Positions 16,438 to 26,192 of a DNA stretch of 64,000 nt are shown here, one piece after another. This DNA is from an uncultured delta proteobacterium (GTDB taxonomy: Bacteria > Desulfobacterota > Binatia > UBA9968). A model generated the notes under the pieces. That model had not been told where the DNA came from, did no database searches, and saw nothing but the letters and a program-made list of their open reading frames with translations. A program made the translations under genes and the position numbers. The number at the start of each line of letters is the position of its first letter. Position 1 is the first letter of the stretch. The stretch covers positions 160,001 through 224,000 of the forward strand of contig CAVYTU010000008.1 of the NCBI GenBank assembly GCA_963771465.1, given 5' to 3'.

Positions 16438-18450
16438 TCACCGCAGTTCAGGAATGCCAAGCTCGGAAAGGTAGTTAAAAGTTGAATCGTAAAATTCAGA
16501 CGACCGAGTCGGATCAATCGAGTCCCCAGGCGGGACAAAAATAACCATTCCTTGCCGAGCGCGAGTGAGCAGGACTCGGTATGCATTGCAAAGGTAGCGC
16601 TGGTGGTCGGGCTTCGCGACATTGATCCATCGACGACCTCGGAAGTCATGAAAGCTCCATCCAGAACCAGTGAAACGCAGGTCCCCGTCCCAAGTCACAC
16701 ACGCCCAGTCTAATTCCAAACCCTGAACCTGAAACTCCGTCGCGGCATCTTCGAGATAGTAGCTTGACCGCGTATCGTCCTTGTCGTTGAGAAACCAATG
16801 CACCGGATCAACGTCCACTCGAATATCAATCGCGTGAGGTTTCAGACGTTGTGCTTTCGATGACGCGACTAACCCGAACCGCTCAGTTCCCCTGGCATGG
16901 GAGCGAATCCATTGCTTTGCCCGACTTAGGTCCCGCGTAACAGTGATCGGATAGCGATCGGCGATTCGTGCGAATGTGTCGCGTGCTTGTTGCTTTTCGC
17001 AATCGAGGAGAGCCTTGACGAATGCTGAAACATTTTCCGCCCGAAACGATCTCATGGAGACGGCGAGATGTAGGCAGTCGTCGAAGTGAGTGTTCTGTCG
17101 CTGACGTACAGCATCTAAAGCTTTGCCAGCCGCGTATTCGCTGTCGGTGAGTCTAGATGAAATATGCGTGTGCCAGTGGGGAAATCTCGAATTCACCGCT
17201 TCAAGCCAGGCATCGATTCCGGCTTCGCCGGTGTGGATCTCCTGACCGCCCCCGACAAGACAAACGATAACAGCCCATTCTGTATGCCGATCCATACACG
17301 AAATTAAGAACTGAGGCTCGGAGTCCGCGAACCCTGGCCGATTCTTTTTTCGCTGCATGAAATTCGCTGTTTGTTGTACGTTCCACGCGCGCTGCGCTTC
17401 GTCGAAAATCACAACGTGCTCCGCCGGAGCGCCTGGATGGTCTAATGCCTCGTCGCGAAAGTTATGAACGTTCTGGATAAAAGCTTTGACACTTTCGCCA
17501 ACCTTTCCCTTTCGAACTCGAATACCTTGGCCCCTTTGACGTTCAACCTCGTCTCGGGTCAATGCTTCACGTAGAACAGCGACAAGCGGACCGTTCCCTG
17601 AAAGAAAGACAGCGTGCGTTGGTTGGCCAGCGTCTCGGCGTCGCGTGGCAATGTTTAGCCCCACCAGTGTTTTCCCAGCTCCCGGGACACCCGTCACGAA
17701 GCAAATGAGTTTATGTCTTTGTGCTCTAGCTTCGTCCACCAATTCTTCAATTCGTGACGAAGTGACGCGCAAGTTTTGCGCGCCAGCATCGTAACGAGCG
17801 ATAGCTTCAACGGAATGCTGGGCATACAAAGCCCGAGCAGCTTCTACGATGGTGGGTGTCGGATGATACGGAGCACTCAGCCATTTCTGACTATCGATTA
17901 CTTCGTCCGTTACGGTCTGCAGTGCTACGTCAATCGCTTTGCGAAAACCGGCGGGATGTACATGAATAGGACGATATACCTTGTCTTCGTCGGCATGAAG
18001 TCGTAACGCAGTCGACTCAGTAGCCTCGGTGGCGATGAGAATAGGTATAATCGAAGCAGAGTGGCTGGCTTCGTGAAAGTTCTTCAGGTCCAAAGCATAA
18101 TCCCACACCTGATCCACTGCCGAACGTTCAAACTTACTTTCGCCAACTTTGAACTCTATAACAAACACAACAGGGCCGACGATTAGCACCGTATCAATCC
18201 GCCGGCCCATACGTGGGATATTGAACTCCAAAAACAACGCGCCCGTCAGACCGACTAGGCGATCTTGCAGAAATCCAATCTGCGCCAACCACGCATCCTT
18301 CTGAGTTGGTAGCAGAGCGAAGTTGCCGTTTATTACCAGTTGTCCAACAATCGTTTCTGGTTGGGCTTGGAGGAATTCAGGAATGGATGCTCCGTACCAC
18401 GCTCGGGACAATGCCGCTAAGATGCGGGCTCGTTCAGGCGGTGCTTCCAT
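16438..18450 (-). CDS. DUF2075 (Schlafen group 3-like helicase) protein with N-terminal PD-(D/E)xK-like region
   Basis: RIDTVL..VIEFK, Walker A GVPGAGKT, DEAQR, QGLELDW and YRVLLTRAR motifs. Confidence 0.85.
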   Translation of the reverse strand: MEAPPERARILAALSRAWYGASIPEFLQAQPETIVGQLVINGNFALLPTQKDAWLAQIGFLQDRLVGLTGALFLEFNIPRMGRRIDTVLIVGPVVFVIEFKVGESKFERSAVDQVWDYALDLKNFHEASHSASIIPILIATEATESTALRLHADEDKVYRPIHVHPAGFRKAIDVALQTVTDEVIDSQKWLSAPYHPTPTIVEAARALYAQHSVEAIARYDAGAQNLRVTSSRIEELVDEARAQRHKLICFVTGVPGAGKTLVGLNIATRRRDAGQPTHAVFLSGNGPLVAVLREALTRDEVERQRGQGIRVRKGKVGESVKAFIQNVHNFRDEALDHPGAPAEHVVIFDEAQRAWNVQQTANFMQRKKNRPGFADSEPQFLISCMDRHTEWAVIVCLVGGGQEIHTGEAGIDAWLEAVNSRFPHWHTHISSRLTDSEYAAGKALDAVRQRQNTHFDDCLHLAVSMRSFRAENVSAFVKALLDCEKQQARDTFARIADRYPITVTRDLSRAKQWIRSHARGTERFGLVASSKAQRLKPHAIDIRVDVDPVHWFLNDKDDTRSSYYLEDAATEFQVQGLELDWACVTWDGDLRFTGSGWSFHDFRGRRWINVAKPDHQRYLCNAYRVLLTRARQGMVIFVPPGDSIDPTRSSEFYDSTFNYLSELGIPELR

Positions 18451-18632
18451 TCGCGGGATGATGCCAACAAAAGTCGTCGAAGTGAAGCGTGAATTGTTGC
18501 CTCTGCTCGCGGTTTGTCTTTGCTTCTTTGATATTTCTGCACTCCCATTTCCATTCCCTTGACCGCTCCCTACGCCCGCCCTATGATCCGCGGGTGTTTC
18601 CCGTCCTAAACCTCGGCAGTCCGGAGGGTGCG

Positions 18633-19661
18633 ATGAAACGCTTCGCGTGCGCGCTGTTGTTTGTGCTGGCGTCGGTAACGAACCTGCAAGCTCAGACGCC
18701 GTTCTATCAAGGAAAAACCATCCGGATCATCGTCGGCAATCTGGCCGGCGACGCCTACGATCTCTGGGCGAGAATCTTCGCCCAGCACATGGGCAAGTAC
18801 ATACCGGGAAATCCCACCTTCATCGTGCAGAACATGACTGGAGCGGGAGGAGTGGTCGCGGCCAACTATGTTTATACTGTGGCGAAGCCGGACGGGCTGA
18901 CCCTCGGCACATTTGGCCCGTCGATGTACTTCGATCAACTGGCGAGGCGCCCGGAAGTCCAGTTCGACTGGGCGAAATTCACCTGGATCGGCAACCCGGA
19001 GCAAACGGAATTTATCCTCGTCATGAGGACGGACACGCCGTATCAATCGATCGAGGACGTGCGCAAAGCGGCGCAGCCGCCCAAGTGCGGCGCCACGGGC
19101 ACGAGCACTTCCGGTTATTACATGCCAAAATTTTTGGACGACGGGCTCGGCATCAAGTTCAATATCGTGACCGGCTATCCCGGCGGCGGCGAGATCGACC
19201 TCGGCATCGAGCGCGGCGAGCTGCACTGCCGCAATTTGACGATCAGCACTTACTTCGCCCGCGAGCCGTTTCTGACCTGGCACAAGAAAGGGTTCGTCCG
19301 GCCGATCCTGCAAACCGGGAAAAAAAGAGATCCGCTAGTCCCAGACGTGCCGTCCATCTATGAATTGATGGACCAACTCAAAACGCCGGAGGCGACCCGG
19401 CGGGTGGCGACAGTGCTGCTCGCGCCCGCGGTCTTCGGCCGGCCGATGGTGGCGACGCCGGGCGTGCCGCCCGATAGAGTGAAAATCTTGCGCGACGCGT
19501 ACCACCGGTCGCTCAAAGATCCCGCGCTGCTGGAAGAGTTGAAGAAAAGACGCTGGGTCGTGGATGCAATCAGCGGCGAGGAGTTGGCGAAGCTGGCGAA
19601 AGAAGTGGTTACGCAGCCGCCGGATGTCGTCGAACGGATGATGAAGCTGTTGGGAAACTAG
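18633..19661 (+). CDS. Tripartite tricarboxylate transporter substrate-binding protein (TctC/Bug)
   Basis: PFYQGKTIRIIVG, IPGNPTFIVQNMTGAGG, PDGLT, GYPGG and PGVPPDRV motifs. Confidence 0.9.
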   Translation: MKRFACALLFVLASVTNLQAQTPFYQGKTIRIIVGNLAGDAYDLWARIFAQHMGKYIPGNPTFIVQNMTGAGGVVAANYVYTVAKPDGLTLGTFGPSMYFDQLARRPEVQFDWAKFTWIGNPEQTEFILVMRTDTPYQSIEDVRKAAQPPKCGATGTSTSGYYMPKFLDDGLGIKFNIVTGYPGGGEIDLGIERGELHCRNLTISTYFAREPFLTWHKKGFVRPILQTGKKRDPLVPDVPSIYELMDQLKTPEATRRVATVLLAPAVFGRPMVATPGVPPDRVKILRDAYHRSLKDPALLEELKKRRWVVDAISGEELAKLAKEVVTQPPDVVERMMKLLGN

Positions 19662-19685
19662 CGCGGCTGGGTGCAGACGCGGGGT

Positions 19686-19994
19686 TTAGAGGCCAGCCGC
19701 AAACAACCTGTCGATGTCGACGGGCGAGTCGTCTTCGTCGTCACGAAAGCTGCCGCCATCCTCAATGACAGCCAACATCAGTTGAAGAAGAAGCTTCTGT
19801 GCCAACATGAGCGCTTGGAATGAGTCCACGCCGTGCATGTCCGCCAGCTTGGGCTGTAATCCTTCTAGAGCGACGGGACAGGCCCAATCCACGTCGCTAG
19901 CAGGATACGGCTTGCCGATACGCAGAGTCACAGGAACCCGCTGCCCATCGGGCTTAACGCACACCAACTTCCGCTCGGCTATGGCGTCTGTCAT
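19686..19994 (-). CDS. DUF6968-like small protein (putative gene cassette)
   Basis: IAERKL...VTLRIGKP...WACP...GVDSFQALMLA. Confidence 0.7.
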   Translation of the reverse strand: MTDAIAERKLVCVKPDGQRVPVTLRIGKPYPASDVDWACPVALEGLQPKLADMHGVDSFQALMLAQKLLLQLMLAVIEDGGSFRDDEDDSPVDIDRLFAAGL

Positions 19995-20001
19995 TGCTGG
20001 C

Positions 20002-20044
20002 ATCTAAGGCCCCGTTAAGCGACGCGCTGCAAAGGTTGTTGAAT
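20002..20044 (-). other. Degenerate attC-like site
   Basis: Minus strand reads ATTCAAC-AACCT-TTGCAGCG-CGT-CGCTTAA-CGGGGC-CTTAGAT: R'', L'', L' and a mutated R' in the expected order. It is shorter than a normal attC. Confidence 0.5.
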
Positions 20045-20054
20045 GAATTGACAC

Positions 20055-20428
20055 TTATATCCCTCCCGTGTTCGCACTCTGATCGAAGCCGCCACGATAG
20101 CGACTACGAACACAGAACCGATGCCCAGTCGGAACTTGCATTACCACCCATCCATCATTGAGGGACACGACTGTTGCTGCAAGCGTTCCAAGCGCGCAAC
20201 CTCCAAATCTATTGAGTCTGTCTGAATATCAAGATGCGCCCGCGCTTCATGACGAAGTCGCTGAATGATGACCTGCACGTCGCCGGGTGGCGTTACGAGC
20301 TGAATAAATCTGCCGGTTTCGTCCGAATCTTGGGGTAACGGGTAGCCCAGTGCGGCACTCCAAAACTGGGCCTCCAACAGAAGACATAAGCCAAGCAAGA
20401 CGATTTAATTGCTTGCAACGACTGTCAT
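20055..20428 (-). pseudogene. VOC/glyoxalase-family pseudogene (putative first cassette)
   Basis: Fragments AQFWSAALGY...HLDIQTD....EVARLERL and WVVMQVPTGHRFCV lie in different frames. Confidence 0.7.
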
Positions 20429-20741
20429 GCGTTCTAACTAATAATACACTGACCAACGTTTGCGGATACTAATATTGGCAAATACCGCCTGCAACGCAGG
20501 TTCATTCAACCCGCGCTTGATTAGCGATCAAATGCACATTACGAGAATTGCACGCAGGCCGACGAAGGTGGCCGATGGCTGGCCGATGGCAACGGAAACG
20601 GAAATTCCTACGCAGAGCCAGAAACGTTCGACGGAACCCATCTGACCAAAAATTAACTCGTCTCGGCGTCTTGACTCGACAGTTCACCCGACCCTAGTAT
20701 TTCACCTGCAATACCGTGCCCGGAATTATGGATCAATGCCA

Positions 20742-20842
20742 CATGAAAAGTGCAAAATGCAAATTGAGACTGAGAGCTGTCCGGGAGCCCCGTCCGATCA
20801 TTTTTCATTTGCCAATTTGCACTTTAAATTTTGCATTTTTTT
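20742..20842. repeat. Inverted heptamer-type tandem repeat (AAAATGC / GCATTTT)
   Basis: aaagtgcaaaatgcaaaattg ... caatttgcactttaaattttgcatttt. Confidence 0.6.
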
Positions 20843-20859
20843 AACATCAAGGAGGAGCC

Positions 20860-21039
20860 ATGCCCACTGATGAAACGCGACGCGTGCTGAAAGTGTTTGG
20901 CGTTGCCGTGACGGCCTTCGAGGATGCGGTCGATAAAGGCGCAGCACCCGAAGAGCTGCGAAAAGCGGAGACCGAAGTGAAAACGCGCCTGGAGGAAATC
21001 ACGGTGCTGATCGAACAGCTGCGCGCCAAAAAAAAATAG
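20860..21039 (+). CDS. Small hypothetical helical protein (59 aa)
   Basis: Strong RBS AAGGAGGAG; MPTDETRRVLKVFGVAVTAFEDAV...EQLRAKKK; below the ORF-track cutoff. Confidence 0.7.
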   Translation: MPTDETRRVLKVFGVAVTAFEDAVDKGAAPEELRKAETEVKTRLEEITVLIEQLRAKKK

Positions 21040-21126
21040 TTACCGTTGCTTTTACCTGCAGGCTTTCATTCTCCCAATCCCCGATTGAGGTTCTATGTCG
21101 TCCGTTGCAAGTAAAGCCAGTACCGC

Positions 21127-21283
21127 TGTGCTAGTTTTGTGCTAGTTCAATCCACAAACACGAGCAATCACGAGCAGAGAAGAGCGGAAGAGAGGCGCTG
21201 GTTTTCTGTTGGTTTTTGCTGGTGATTGTCGGTATGCAGCGAACTATCACGAGACTCGAAATCAAGTGTGCGGGAAATATACC
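21127..21283 (+). other. att-like scar: tandem arm-type repeats plus tRNA-Ser(CGA) 3'-half fragment
   Basis: TGTGCTAGTT x2 (21127, 21138), CACGAGCA x2, then GACTCGAAATCAAGTGTGCGGGAAA (anticodon loop CTCGAAA and start of a variable arm). Confidence 0.55.
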
Positions 21284-21594
21284 TGGCTCCTCTAGGCTGC
21301 GCAGAGCATCTGCAATCCTCGTGTCGTTTAGAGTTCGACGCTCACCATAGTTCAGGTCACTCGTTCTCTATGTAATTCGTTCCCTGGAGTTCCAATATGA
21401 ACTCCGATCAATTATCGTGTGCACGCCATGGGTAAGCATGCCTCGCGATTTGTCAGAACCGTGACCAGCGAAGTGGAGCGGGTGGTACAAGAGAGACGGC
21501 ACACGAGACTACGCCGTCGGCCCAGTCACAGCCAACCGCGCAGGTATATGGGCTGGGAGTTTTATGCGAGGCAACCAGCGGGGATCGGCGCGTA

Positions 21595-22870
21595 ATGCGC
21601 TGGAGGATGATTGGCCGGGAACAGACTCCGGTCGCCGCGCTCCGTCACCGCGACTTCGCCATTTACTGGAGCGGGTCAGTCGTGTCCCTGGTGGGAACCC
21701 AGTTCACCACGGTGACGATGGCCTGGCAGATCTACGAGCTGACCAACTCGCCGCTTGAACTCGGCCTCCTGGGGTTGGCCCGCGGCGCTCCGATGCTGGT
21801 GTTGCTCCTCTTTGGAGGGCTCCTGGCCGACGCAGTGAACCGGCGTCATCTCATGATGGCGACGCAGGTTGCTCAAATGTGTGTCTCGGTCACTCTCGCC
21901 GTGATGACACTTGTGGGATGGGTCTCTCCACCGGTCCTCTATGCCGCCAGCCTTTTTCTCGCGCTATTCAGCTCGCTCGAGCAGCCGGCGCGGAACGCAA
22001 TCGTCCCTAACCTTGTCCCTCGCAGCGATCTGACCAATGCGCTTGCCCTGAGTGGCATGCAACGCCACATAGCGATCGTCATCGGTCCCTCACTGGCGGG
22101 ATTTCTCCTCGCTTACAGCGGACCCACGCTTTGCTACGCGGTCGACGCGGTATCATGGCTCGCGATGCTCGCCGCGCTTGCCATCATGCGGCCGCTCGCC
22201 CAAGTCGCTCGCGGGCGTAGCGCTGTCTCCATGCGGGCTCTGCGCGAGGGAGTGGGGTTCGTGTGGACGCACCCGGTTATCTTGTCATTGATGGCGCTGG
22301 ATTTTAGCCAGAACTTCTTCGGGAGCGGTCGAGCCCTACTGCCGATCTATGCCCGGGACATCCTCGGCGTCGGACCCCAGGGCCTCGGGCTTCTCTACTC
22401 AGCGACCTCGGTGGGAGCTCTCGTCATGGGAACAGCGATGAGCGTGCGGACGCAGGTACGGCGGCCAGGAGCCTGGGTTCTCGTGAGCGTGGGTATGTAT
22501 GGAGTGTTCATGACGCTCTTCGGCGTCTCGCACCTCTTCTGGTTTTCGTTCCTGATGCTCACCGCGGCGGGGGCGGCCAACACGGTAAGCTTCGTTCTAC
22601 GCAACACGATCAATCAGCTGGTAACACCCGATGAGATTCGCGGCCGGGTCACGAGCGTGAACAGCATGTTTACCAACACGGGTCCGCAGCTCGGACAATT
22701 TGGAGCAGGTACCCTGGCCTCGGTGATCGGCCCTGTCGGCACGACTGCCGCGGGAGGGCTGCTCGTCACGTCGATAGCCGCTGGACTTGCGGCCGTTGCG
22801 TCTGTCCGGCAGATTCGAGGTTCGCGAGAGCGCGCCTGCAGAAGCGGGCGAAGCGCCGGCAAAAAGCTGA
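21595..22870 (+). CDS. MFS transporter (MFS_3/EntS-like), probable +1 indel near 22810
   Basis: ALRHRDF, GGLLADAVNRR and PDEIRGRV motifs with many hydrophobic segments. A natural end, RFEVRES...AKS*, lies in the shifted frame. Confidence 0.85.
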
Positions 22871-22916
22871 CGAAGTTACGACCCTGTACTGGTTTTTTGA
22901 TTGAACGCGCCGGCGT

Positions 22917-23522
22917 TCATCTTTTCGCTTTCTTACGTGCTAGCGAAAACATCTTCCGTTCAGAATCGGTGAGAAGCGCAGGAAATCGAATTTCCGCTTC
23001 GATATGGACGACGTCCTCAAAGCGGCCTTCACGGAAGAGTTCACGAGCCCGAGCTTTGAGGCGCTGTTCTCTGGTAGAATGGTAGGTGAGATCGCGCGTG
23101 CCGTCCTCGTGTTGCTGTTCCTGTGCCTTCATGTAGCGCTTAGCGATCGCGATGAAGTCGTCCTCGGGGCCGACGAAGAAGGGTAATAACAGGTTTTCCA
23201 AGTCGTGGAGCAATGCTGGATACCCGGAAATGGAATCGTCTACATAGCATGGGTATTGAGCGGCGTTGGTTAGCCCCAGTTCGCTTATGTAAAAGGTGTG
23301 CTCCACTGAAAACTCCCGAATTGAATAGATGACAGGTCCGAGGCTGTAGAGATGGTTCAACTCAACAGTTCGGGGAGAGCAGGAGAAGCGGGCCGAATAC
23401 GATGTCCCAGGTTTATCGCTGTCGGGTTTACCGCGTGATAGCAAGAAACCACGAAATGCGAAAAACGGGTTTAGCTGTGAAAGGCCGAATTCGAAATCTT
23501 CCTGCTTGTTGTATCGCGGCAT
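22917..23522 (-). CDS. Hypothetical protein
   Basis: 201-aa ORF in an AT-richer segment; no recognised motif. Confidence 0.55.
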   Translation of the reverse strand: MPRYNKQEDFEFGLSQLNPFFAFRGFLLSRGKPDSDKPGTSYSARFSCSPRTVELNHLYSLGPVIYSIREFSVEHTFYISELGLTNAAQYPCYVDDSISGYPALLHDLENLLLPFFVGPEDDFIAIAKRYMKAQEQQHEDGTRDLTYHSTREQRLKARARELFREGRFEDVVHIEAEIRFPALLTDSERKMFSLARKKAKR

Positions 23523-23839
23523 TCAATTTGTCGAAGGACAAGACTTTAAATAGTTTACGGCTGCTGTAGCGACCTTACAACCCTATGCCGGTCTTAGCCT
23601 TTATTCGTTTGGGAAGGAACCTTCGAATTCTTGGTCGCCTCCTCTCGTTCGCAGCCTGTTCAGTAGAGCGCTTGATTATACACTGTGAAAATCAGGTAGT
23701 CTCATCGGCGAGGACGTACGGCTGCTGCAGCATAGGTGATCTTGCTCCGCGAGACCACTCTAGTTTGACAAAGTTTTTCGAAGCCGACTAAGTGTGACTC
23801 TAGCCTGTACGCGCTCAGGAATGGGAAGGGTTAGCTCTC

Positions 23840-24256
23840 ATGGCGTCTGTCTTTGATCATGCGGCGACAGAGTCCGGTTTGCCAATGGTAAATATATCAC
23901 GTGCAGCGATTGATTCTGCGAAGGCCGCCGTCAAAAAACTTGGAGCGGATGGATACGCGGAGGCGGTTCGTATTACCTCACATCCTGCCGCCGTCAATCG
24001 CGTGCGCGCTGTTCCGGGAACCCGCTGGCTCCAATTTGCGGTGAAACTGCTGATTTACCTAAACCGTTGTTTGCTTGTCGTCCCTCTAATTGTACTCTTC
24101 GTTGGCGGATGGAAAGCAGCGATTGCCGTTGCGATCATAATTATTCTCCAGTGGTTCTTCCTGCTCAATCCGTTACAGATAGCTATCAACTATGAAATTT
24201 ATGCGCGATTGTCAGCGCTTGACCAAGCGTGGGCAAAGAGCCGTGAAAATCCGTAA
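23840..24256 (+). CDS. Hypothetical membrane protein
   Basis: 138-aa ORF with two hydrophobic segments. Confidence 0.55.
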   Translation: MASVFDHAATESGLPMVNISRAAIDSAKAAVKKLGADGYAEAVRITSHPAAVNRVRAVPGTRWLQFAVKLLIYLNRCLLVVPLIVLFVGGWKAAIAVAIIIILQWFFLLNPLQIAINYEIYARLSALDQAWAKSRENP

Positions 24257-24290
24257 GTGTGCTGCTGTTTGTGCTTGTTGTATCGACCGC

Positions 24291-24509
24291 CTACGAACCT
24301 AGCTCAGCCCCGCCTTTTTTGATAAGCCGGACGCGCTCGTTAAACTTAAACCATGGCACCTGAGAAAATTTCCGTGCGCTGCTGCATCGCCGGCGGCGGG
24401 CCGGCCGGCATGATGCTGGGGTATCTGCTGGCGCGCGCCGGGGTCAAAATCTTGGTGCTGGAAAAGCACGGCGATTTCCTGCGCGATTTTCGCGGCGATA
24501 CCATTCATC
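24291..24509 (+). pseudogene. Duplicated upstream region and 5' end of the FAD-dependent oxidoreductase
   Basis: Aligns with 26132..26349 and breaks after ...DFRGDTIH. Confidence 0.9.
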
Positions 24510-24614
24510 GACGAGGTTTCTCCGCGCCGAAAATTAGCAAAAACTCGTTATCCCGATAAATTTTTGTTGATTTCGCGGAAGTTAGCTGTGGAAAAGTGTA
24601 ATTGTCCAAATTGT

Positions 24615-24806
24615 TGTAATTTTTCTTTACATTTCATCAATCTGTCCAATTTTTCATAAATAATTGATTTTAAATCCGAATTGCTCCGTTGGAGCTCGAA
24701 ATTTTGCCGACGCCAAGAAGTGTAAATAAGTATTACGTATTGGGCGCCAACCCCTATAGTTAACTATTTGAAATAACTTGTCTTTTTGTGTGGCACCGTA
24801 AATGCA
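24615..24806 (+). promoter_or_regulatory. Enhancer-like TGT-N11-ACA box and sigma54 promoter of the PEP-CTERM gene
   Basis: TGTAATTTTTCTTTACA at 24615; TGGCACCGTAAATGCA (GG-N10-GC) at 24791. Confidence 0.65.
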
Positions 24807-24874
24807 AATAATTTTTGCAACTTGGCCTGTTCGCGGGCTGCTACCGGTGTTTTCAATCAATTAGGAGGTTCGAA

Positions 24875-25448
24875 ATGTATAACGGAGCTAGGATTTACTC
24901 TGCGAAGCTTTTTTTCATCTCACTCATCATCGCAATGTCGTGTTACACCGCGATGGCGCCATCTGTTCATGCGCTTCCGCTCACCGGCAACTTCGAAATC
25001 ACTTTTAATCAAACCTTTCCCAACGCAGTTCCAAACGCGGGGCATGGAACGTTTAGCGCCAATGCGGGAGTTGTCTCCGCATACGAGTTTGAATTTACCT
25101 CTCCGTTATTAGAGGACTTCGAGGGACCACCCAGCGCTCTCGCATGGAATGGCACGAGCTTATCGGGTTCGGATTTCGCCGAATACATTTCAGAGCATAT
25201 TTCTTCAGTTTCTTGGTGCGAATCTCTATGAGATAAGCGTCCCACAGATCATTTACTTCGATAACTACCTCGGCAGCACTTGTGGAGCAGATGGAATAGT
25301 TGGCAACTGTTTATCCGCGATTGGAACCTACACGGTCAACCAAGTTCCCGAGCCATCGTCGTTGGCCTTGTTGGCGATCGGCTTGGCGGTAAACGCCATT
25401 CGCCGACGATTTAAAGATTCGCACAATCGTCGTTCACGTCACCAATGA
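24875..25448 (+). CDS. PEP-CTERM sorting domain protein (frameshift near 25210)
   Basis: AGGAGG RBS and signal peptide; C-terminal VPEPSSLALLAIGLAVNAIRRR in the second frame. Confidence 0.8.
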
Positions 25449-25512
25449 GCCGGCACGGTTGGTGCGCATTCCAAAATTAGCCCAACGCATCCGCCGCTCA
25501 ATATACATTCAC

Positions 25513-25547
25513 GCAGGGAGGAGTTTTCTCCTCCCTGCTTCGCTTTT
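25513..25547 (+). terminator. Rho-independent terminator
   Basis: GCAGGGAGGAG-TTTT-CTCCTCCCTGC perfect 11-bp stem followed by TTCGCTTTT. Confidence 0.65.
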
Positions 25548-26192
25548 AATGCCGAGTCTCACGTTCTTTGGTAGCGCAAAGATTCCCGTCTTCTCGACCG
25601 TCTTACTTTGAGCGGTCAGTGCGTAGAGTGGAACGGTTTCTGTGATGCTAATTCCACGGGATTGAGGTGTGGAAGAATTCAGTTTTCAGCCTTAACCCTC
25701 GCGCTGCGGTTTCTTAAAGGCACGATTCTCAAGCGAAACCGTTGTCAGATGTTCCTTCTATTAGTGATATTCCACCCGTCCACGTCATGCTTACTCGTTC
25801 GTTGCCGATACCGTTCGGGCTGGTGCGATCCAATGTATCTCGCAATGAAAATGAAGTAGTGTTGTTGATAGTGTTCCATTCCAGCGTGGGAAAAGTCAGC
25901 GGATGCGCGGTCAGGTCTATACAACTTGACTGTCTTTAAATGAAACGGCTGCGCTAACTCGCCGTCTCATCTCCCCGGCCATTATTTCATTGACGAGTAA
26001 CTGATCGAGTTTTGCGTTCAAACCCTTCTAACCGTTCAAACTGTTTAGCGATCGATCACATCGCCGCTACACCGATAATCATTGCCCGTGTTACCTGTTT
26101 ATTTGAAAGTCGAAATAGGCCGAGCATCCAGCTACGACCTAGCTCAGCCCCACCTTTTTTGATAAGCCGGAAGCGCTCGTTAAACTTAAACC

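Noticed and set aside
21253-21283. Intact tRNA-Ser gene
   Set aside because: There is no acceptor stem, D arm or T-loop; kept only as an att-like fragment.
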